From Candidatus Dojkabacteria bacterium (GTDB lineage Bacteria; Patescibacteriota; Dojkabacteria; B142; JAFGFJ01): a stretch of DNA of 64,000 nucleotides. A program made the position numbers and the translations under genes. The notes beneath the pieces were generated by a model that was given only the letters and a program-made list of their open reading frames with translations, did no database searches and was not told the origin of the DNA. Below are positions 60,189 through 64,000 of this stretch, piece after piece. Each line of letters opens with the position of its first letter. Positions within the stretch are counted from its first letter, which is position 1. The stretch covers positions 13,115-77,114 of the forward strand of contig JAFGFJ010000006.1 of NCBI GenBank assembly GCA_016931155.1. The letters run 5' to 3'.

Positions 60189-61316
60189 ATGAAAGTTTCA
60201 GTTCTTCAGGAAAATTTGTCAAAAGCTCTTGCTCACGTTACAAAAGCTGTTACAAACAAGCCAAGTATTCCCGTTTTATCTAATGTGCTTATTGAGGCAA
60301 AAAAGGGAAAGATTAAGTTGTCTGCAACTGATCTTGAGATTGGGATTAATATGTGGATTGGAGGAGATGTAATAATAGAAGGTAGTGTAACGGTTTCAGC
60401 ACGTCTTATTGCTGAATTTGTTGGTTCATTAAAACCCGGGAAACTCAATCTTGTTCTGGAGAAAAATCTTTTTAAGATTGAATCTGAAGATAATAGTGCA
60501 GAATTTACAATTATTCCTGCAGATGAATTTCCTCTTGTTCCGATGATAGAAGGGGAACCTCTTATAGTGCTAAATGCAGTAGAATTTGCGGACGGAATAT
60601 CACAGGTGACATTTGCGACAGCAAAAGATGATTCCAGACCTGTTCTTACAGGCGTCCTTTTTGAGTCAACTGAGAGGCATTTGGGAATGGTTGGGGTTGA
60701 TGGATTTAGACTTTCAAAGAGGAATCTGAAATTAGAAAAAGGTCCTAAGCTGGATTTCTTACAAATAATTCCCGCAAAAGCACTTGATGAACTCTCTAAT
60801 ATTGTCAAGGATATTGCTACTGATAAAGATAGTATGGAAATTTTCCTTCTGGACGACAAAAACCAGATACTTTTTGTTATTGATGATGTTCAACTTTCAA
60901 CAAGGCTTATTGAAGGAAAATTTCCTGATTACAAAACAATTATGCCGAAAGAGAACACCTACAAATTTGATATCTTAAAAGAAGAACTAGCAGCAACAGT
61001 GAGGATTGCAGGTATTTTTGCGCGGAACGTAATTGGTAACAAGACAAGATTTTTAATAAATCCCGAGAAAAAGAAACTTACACTTACAGCGTCTGTTATT
61101 GATGTAGGACAAAACGAAAGCACAGCAAGCTTAATTGAGGTGGAAGGAGATAGACTTGAAACTGCTTATAATGCAAAGTTTTTATCTGATATGTTAAATT
61201 CGATAAAAGGAGAAGAAATAATTTTCGAGACGAACGGAGTAACAGCTCCTGGTGTATTCAGAGATAAGGATGATAAGGATTTCGTGCATATTATTATGCC
61301 GATGAGGATTGATTAA
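60189..61316 (+). CDS. dnaN: DNA polymerase III beta sliding clamp
   Basis: 375-aa three-domain clamp pattern (MKVSVLQENLSKAL...) directly downstream of dnaA. Confidence 0.9.
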   Translation: MKVSVLQENLSKALAHVTKAVTNKPSIPVLSNVLIEAKKGKIKLSATDLEIGINMWIGGDVIIEGSVTVSARLIAEFVGSLKPGKLNLVLEKNLFKIESEDNSAEFTIIPADEFPLVPMIEGEPLIVLNAVEFADGISQVTFATAKDDSRPVLTGVLFESTERHLGMVGVDGFRLSKRNLKLEKGPKLDFLQIIPAKALDELSNIVKDIATDKDSMEIFLLDDKNQILFVIDDVQLSTRLIEGKFPDYKTIMPKENTYKFDILKEELAATVRIAGIFARNVIGNKTRFLINPEKKKLTLTASVIDVGQNESTASLIEVEGDRLETAYNAKFLSDMLNSIKGEEIIFETNGVTAPGVFRDKDDKDFVHIIMPMRID

Positions 61317-61385
61317 AATATTCTGTATGTAATTTTGTACACTTCCCTTCCACTTTGTTTATGTAGAAGCTACAATCCTTTTAGT

Positions 61386-62513
61386 ATGGTCTTTGAGGTT
61401 ATTTCTGAAGATAAAAAGAAAAGCTGGAATTCTTTTGTGGATAATTCTCTGTACGGAGATATTCTGCAGTATTGGCAGTGGGGAGAAACCAAGCGTGGCG
61501 AGGGTTGGAACCCAGTTCGTGTGTGGGTAAGAAGTCCACAAGAGAAAAATCAGGTTATCCTCATTTGTGCACAGATCCTGATTAAAAAAGTCCCCTTTCT
61601 AGGGAATTATATGTACATTCCGCATGGTCCCCTTTTCCTTCCAGGTTTAAATCTTGCAGAGGCGCGAGCCGCTCTAAAAACGTTTATTGAAGAGTTAAAG
61701 AAAATGGCAAAAGAAAGTGGCAGTTTTGCAATTGAGATTGAGCCGAAGATTGGGGAGTATGTTTCCGGTGTTGGAGAAATGAGTGATGGGCTTAGACATT
61801 TTACGGATGAAAGGCTTATTAATCTTTTTGAAAATTCGGGGTTTAAAAAGACAGGTAGAAATTTGCAACCGAAATATAAACTGCTTTACGATCTCTCAAA
61901 ATCAGATGAAGAGCTTCTCAATTATATGAAGAAAAATACGCGCTACAACGTGCGCTATGCCGAGAAGCATGGAGTGGAAGTTGTTGAGACAAAATTTTCA
62001 GATCCAAAGGCAAAGGAAAAATTTGAGAAATTCTATGAACTTCTGAAAGAAATGCAAAAACGCACAAAGGGTTATCCTGTACGTCCAAAGAGCTCTTTTA
62101 TGAGACTATTGAAAGAATTTTCGAAGACGCATAATCTTGTTTTTATTGAGGTGAAGCACAATAAAGAGACACTTGCTATGAATATTACTCAAAGGACAAG
62201 TAATTGGGCTGCAAGTTTTTATGCCGGTTCTACAAGGATCAAGTCAAATCTCAAGGCGACTTATCTTATGAGATGGGCATCAATTCAGAGTGCGAGAAGA
62301 TTTGGGAGCAAAGTATATGACTTCTGGGGATTTATTCCGAATTCAAAACAACACGAGGGGTACTCTGACAATAAATTAAGCTTTGGGGGAACAAGAATTG
62401 ATCATGTCGGGATAATGGGGCTACCTTTGAACAAAATTAAATATAGTCTTTGGAATTTGATGGTACCGGCAAGGAGGATTTTGTATGAAGCTATGCGTAT
62501 ATTAAAAAAATAA
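61386..62513 (+). CDS. FemAB/MurM-family peptidyl(aminoacyl)transferase
   Basis: N-terminal ...QYWQWGETKRGEGW... matches the FemX/FemAB family (QSWEWGE.K...GW). The start was placed at the internal Met. Confidence 0.6.
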   Translation: MVFEVISEDKKKSWNSFVDNSLYGDILQYWQWGETKRGEGWNPVRVWVRSPQEKNQVILICAQILIKKVPFLGNYMYIPHGPLFLPGLNLAEARAALKTFIEELKKMAKESGSFAIEIEPKIGEYVSGVGEMSDGLRHFTDERLINLFENSGFKKTGRNLQPKYKLLYDLSKSDEELLNYMKKNTRYNVRYAEKHGVEVVETKFSDPKAKEKFEKFYELLKEMQKRTKGYPVRPKSSFMRLLKEFSKTHNLVFIEVKHNKETLAMNITQRTSNWAASFYAGSTRIKSNLKATYLMRWASIQSARRFGSKVYDFWGFIPNSKQHEGYSDNKLSFGGTRIDHVGIMGLPLNKIKYSLWNLMVPARRILYEAMRILKK

Positions 62514-62521
62514 TTTACAAA

Positions 62522-63790
62522 ATGACCAAACCAATCTTTATCGCTGCCTCACCAAATACTCAAAAAGATGATGTGTGCCTAGCCTTCAAACAGCTTCTTT
62601 GGCCTTTTGGTTGGTATTCAAAAAAGCCAGTTAAAGAATTTGAGGGAGCAGTTCAGGACTATCTCGGACTTAAAAATGCGATTGCTGTTGACAGTGCGCG
62701 CTCAGCCTTTTATCTTACTCTTAAAGCTCTTGGAATAGGTTTCGGAGATGAGGTACTTCTTCCCTCTTTTACATGTGTCGTGATTGTGAATCCGGTTCTC
62801 TGGGTTGGAGCAAAACCCGTTTTCGTGGACATTAATAGAAAGAATTTTAATATTGACTTTTCTGACCTTGAGAAAAAGGTAACGCCGAAGACAAAAGCAA
62901 TTCTAGTACAACACACTTTCGGAATTCCCGTTGAGATGGAGAAAGTGACTGCTTTTGCAAAAAAACACAATTTGAAAATAATTGAAGACCTTGCTCACTC
63001 AATTGGAGGAAAGTACAAGGGGAAAACACTTGGAACTTTTGGTGACGCCTCTGTTCTAACTTTCGGAATTGAAAAAGTGATATCTACCGTAAGAGGTGGA
63101 ATGGTTGTAACCAATGATCGTAATCTCGCTCAGAAATTGAGGGAGAAAGTAAGTAGTTGCCCAAGGATGGGGCTGTACCGTACGTTTACTTCTCTATTCA
63201 ATCCTGTCTTCTGGGTAATCACTAAGCCTCTTTATTATCTGGGAATCAAAAAAATTACTCTTGGAAGGTTTTTTATTGCTATCAGCAGACTTATGAATGC
63301 AACAGGTCAGATGATTGAGAAGGAGGAATATGCCGGGCAGAAACCGGGATTTATTCCATCAAAAATGCCCGGTACTCTTGCTAAACTTGGTCTTAATCAA
63401 ATGAAAAAGCTTGAGAAATACAACAAGCACAGAAAGCAGATAGGGAATCTGTATTTTGAGAAATTATCAAAAATAGCGTCAAGTGAAATCATATACTATT
63501 ATCCAAAAAAAATGAGTGAGTGTTCTCTTCTTCGCTATCCGATACTTGTGAAAAATCCGGATCTGATCCACGCAAAAGCCAAGAAAAATCGTATAATCCT
63601 TGGAAACTGGTATGAGAGAATGTTCCACATCCCCGTGGAAAATCTTGAGCTTATTGGATACAAAAAAGAAACTGCAAAAAATGCCGAGTGGGTTGCAAGG
63701 CATATTATTAACCTGCCAATTTATTGGGCTATTAATGAAAAAAGCGTTATTGCAATAAGTCAAATTATATGTGGTAAAACTGCAGCATAA
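62522..63790 (+). CDS. DegT/DnrJ/EryC1/StrS-family PLP-dependent sugar aminotransferase
   Basis: ...DEVLLPSFTCVVIVNPVLWVGAKPVFVDI... and the later ...HSIGGKYKGK... (PLP lysine region) are typical of the family. Confidence 0.75.
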   Translation: MTKPIFIAASPNTQKDDVCLAFKQLLWPFGWYSKKPVKEFEGAVQDYLGLKNAIAVDSARSAFYLTLKALGIGFGDEVLLPSFTCVVIVNPVLWVGAKPVFVDINRKNFNIDFSDLEKKVTPKTKAILVQHTFGIPVEMEKVTAFAKKHNLKIIEDLAHSIGGKYKGKTLGTFGDASVLTFGIEKVISTVRGGMVVTNDRNLAQKLREKVSSCPRMGLYRTFTSLFNPVFWVITKPLYYLGIKKITLGRFFIAISRLMNATGQMIEKEEYAGQKPGFIPSKMPGTLAKLGLNQMKKLEKYNKHRKQIGNLYFEKLSKIASSEIIYYYPKKMSECSLLRYPILVKNPDLIHAKAKKNRIILGNWYERMFHIPVENLELIGYKKETAKNAEWVARHIINLPIYWAINEKSVIAISQIICGKTAA

Positions 63791-63884
63791 ATTTAGCTTA
63801 ACCTGCTCTAAAGCTGCTTGCGGAATCTTCTGAGTGTTAGTGAGAAAATTATCAAGATGTATTCTGCAATACTTTAGATTATTT

Positions 63885-64000
63885 CTATTCCTCCCCCGTC
63901 AAGTCATATACTTCTGCTCCTGCCGAGTACTTCTTCAATACTCCAATTGCTGTTATAGCATCCTGTTTTTTTTCATGTGGTTCGGTTACAAATACAAGTC
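63885..64000 (-). CDS. 3' end of an unidentified gene; the rest lies beyond the window end
   Basis: The minus-strand frame reads ...LVFVTEPHEKKQDAITAIGVLKKYSAGAEVYDLTGEE* with its stop at 63887..63885. Confidence 0.3.
   Translation of the reverse strand, partial: LVFVTEPHEKKQDAITAIGVLKKYSAGAEVYDLTGEE

Overview
This 64 kb window is AT-rich and gene-dense, with mostly short intergenic regions, short-N-terminus proteins and lineage-specific insertions; it is most likely a small-genome bacterium, possibly of the CPR/Patescibacteria type. Core genes include a 5'-partial Lon-like protease, rplY, jag, yidC, an RRM RNA-binding protein, two tandem GT2 glycosyltransferases, a putative T-box leader and valS, metG, tatD, a NUDIX hydrolase, rpmH-rnpA, rpsL-rpsG, rpoB-rpoC, a thioredoxin-like/VKOR pair, a RodZ-like protein, trxB, yidD, dnaA-dnaN with DnaA boxes, a FemAB-like protein and a DegT aminotransferase. 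RNA genes are tRNA-Ser(GCU), tRNA-Arg(GCG), tRNA-Ser(CGA) and a tmRNA (ssrA) on the minus strand. The ssrA tag reading frame ends ...PALNLAVA*. The most interesting region is an ~8.3 kb island at 10291-18584, inserted at the 3' end of ssrA. It is bounded by a 19-bp direct repeat (15/15 identical plus GGG) that duplicates the last 16 nt of ssrA. Its large serine recombinase gene overlaps the ssrA 3' end convergently. It carries a Type II R-M system: a C5-cytosine methyltransferase with an N-terminal MerR-type HTH, and a divergent PD-(D/E)xK-like endonuclease. It also carries an XRE-HTH/Panacea (DUF4065) antitoxin-like gene upstream of an unannotatable 317-aa protein (a candidate novel PanT-type toxin), and a 500-bp noncoding region packed with short direct repeats (iterons). 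A second defence locus follows tRNA-Ser(GCU): a C-protein, a PD-ExK restriction endonuclease and a C5-methyltransferase, then two membrane proteins, a 41-aa ORF and an anomalous GC-rich structured element. Other items are an AbiEii-type nucleotidyltransferase toxin pair, a Phd/RelE pair, a frameshifted histidine phosphatase pseudogene and a 24-bp tandem repeat upstream of a large O-antigen-ligase/TPR membrane protein. The T-box reading is tentative.
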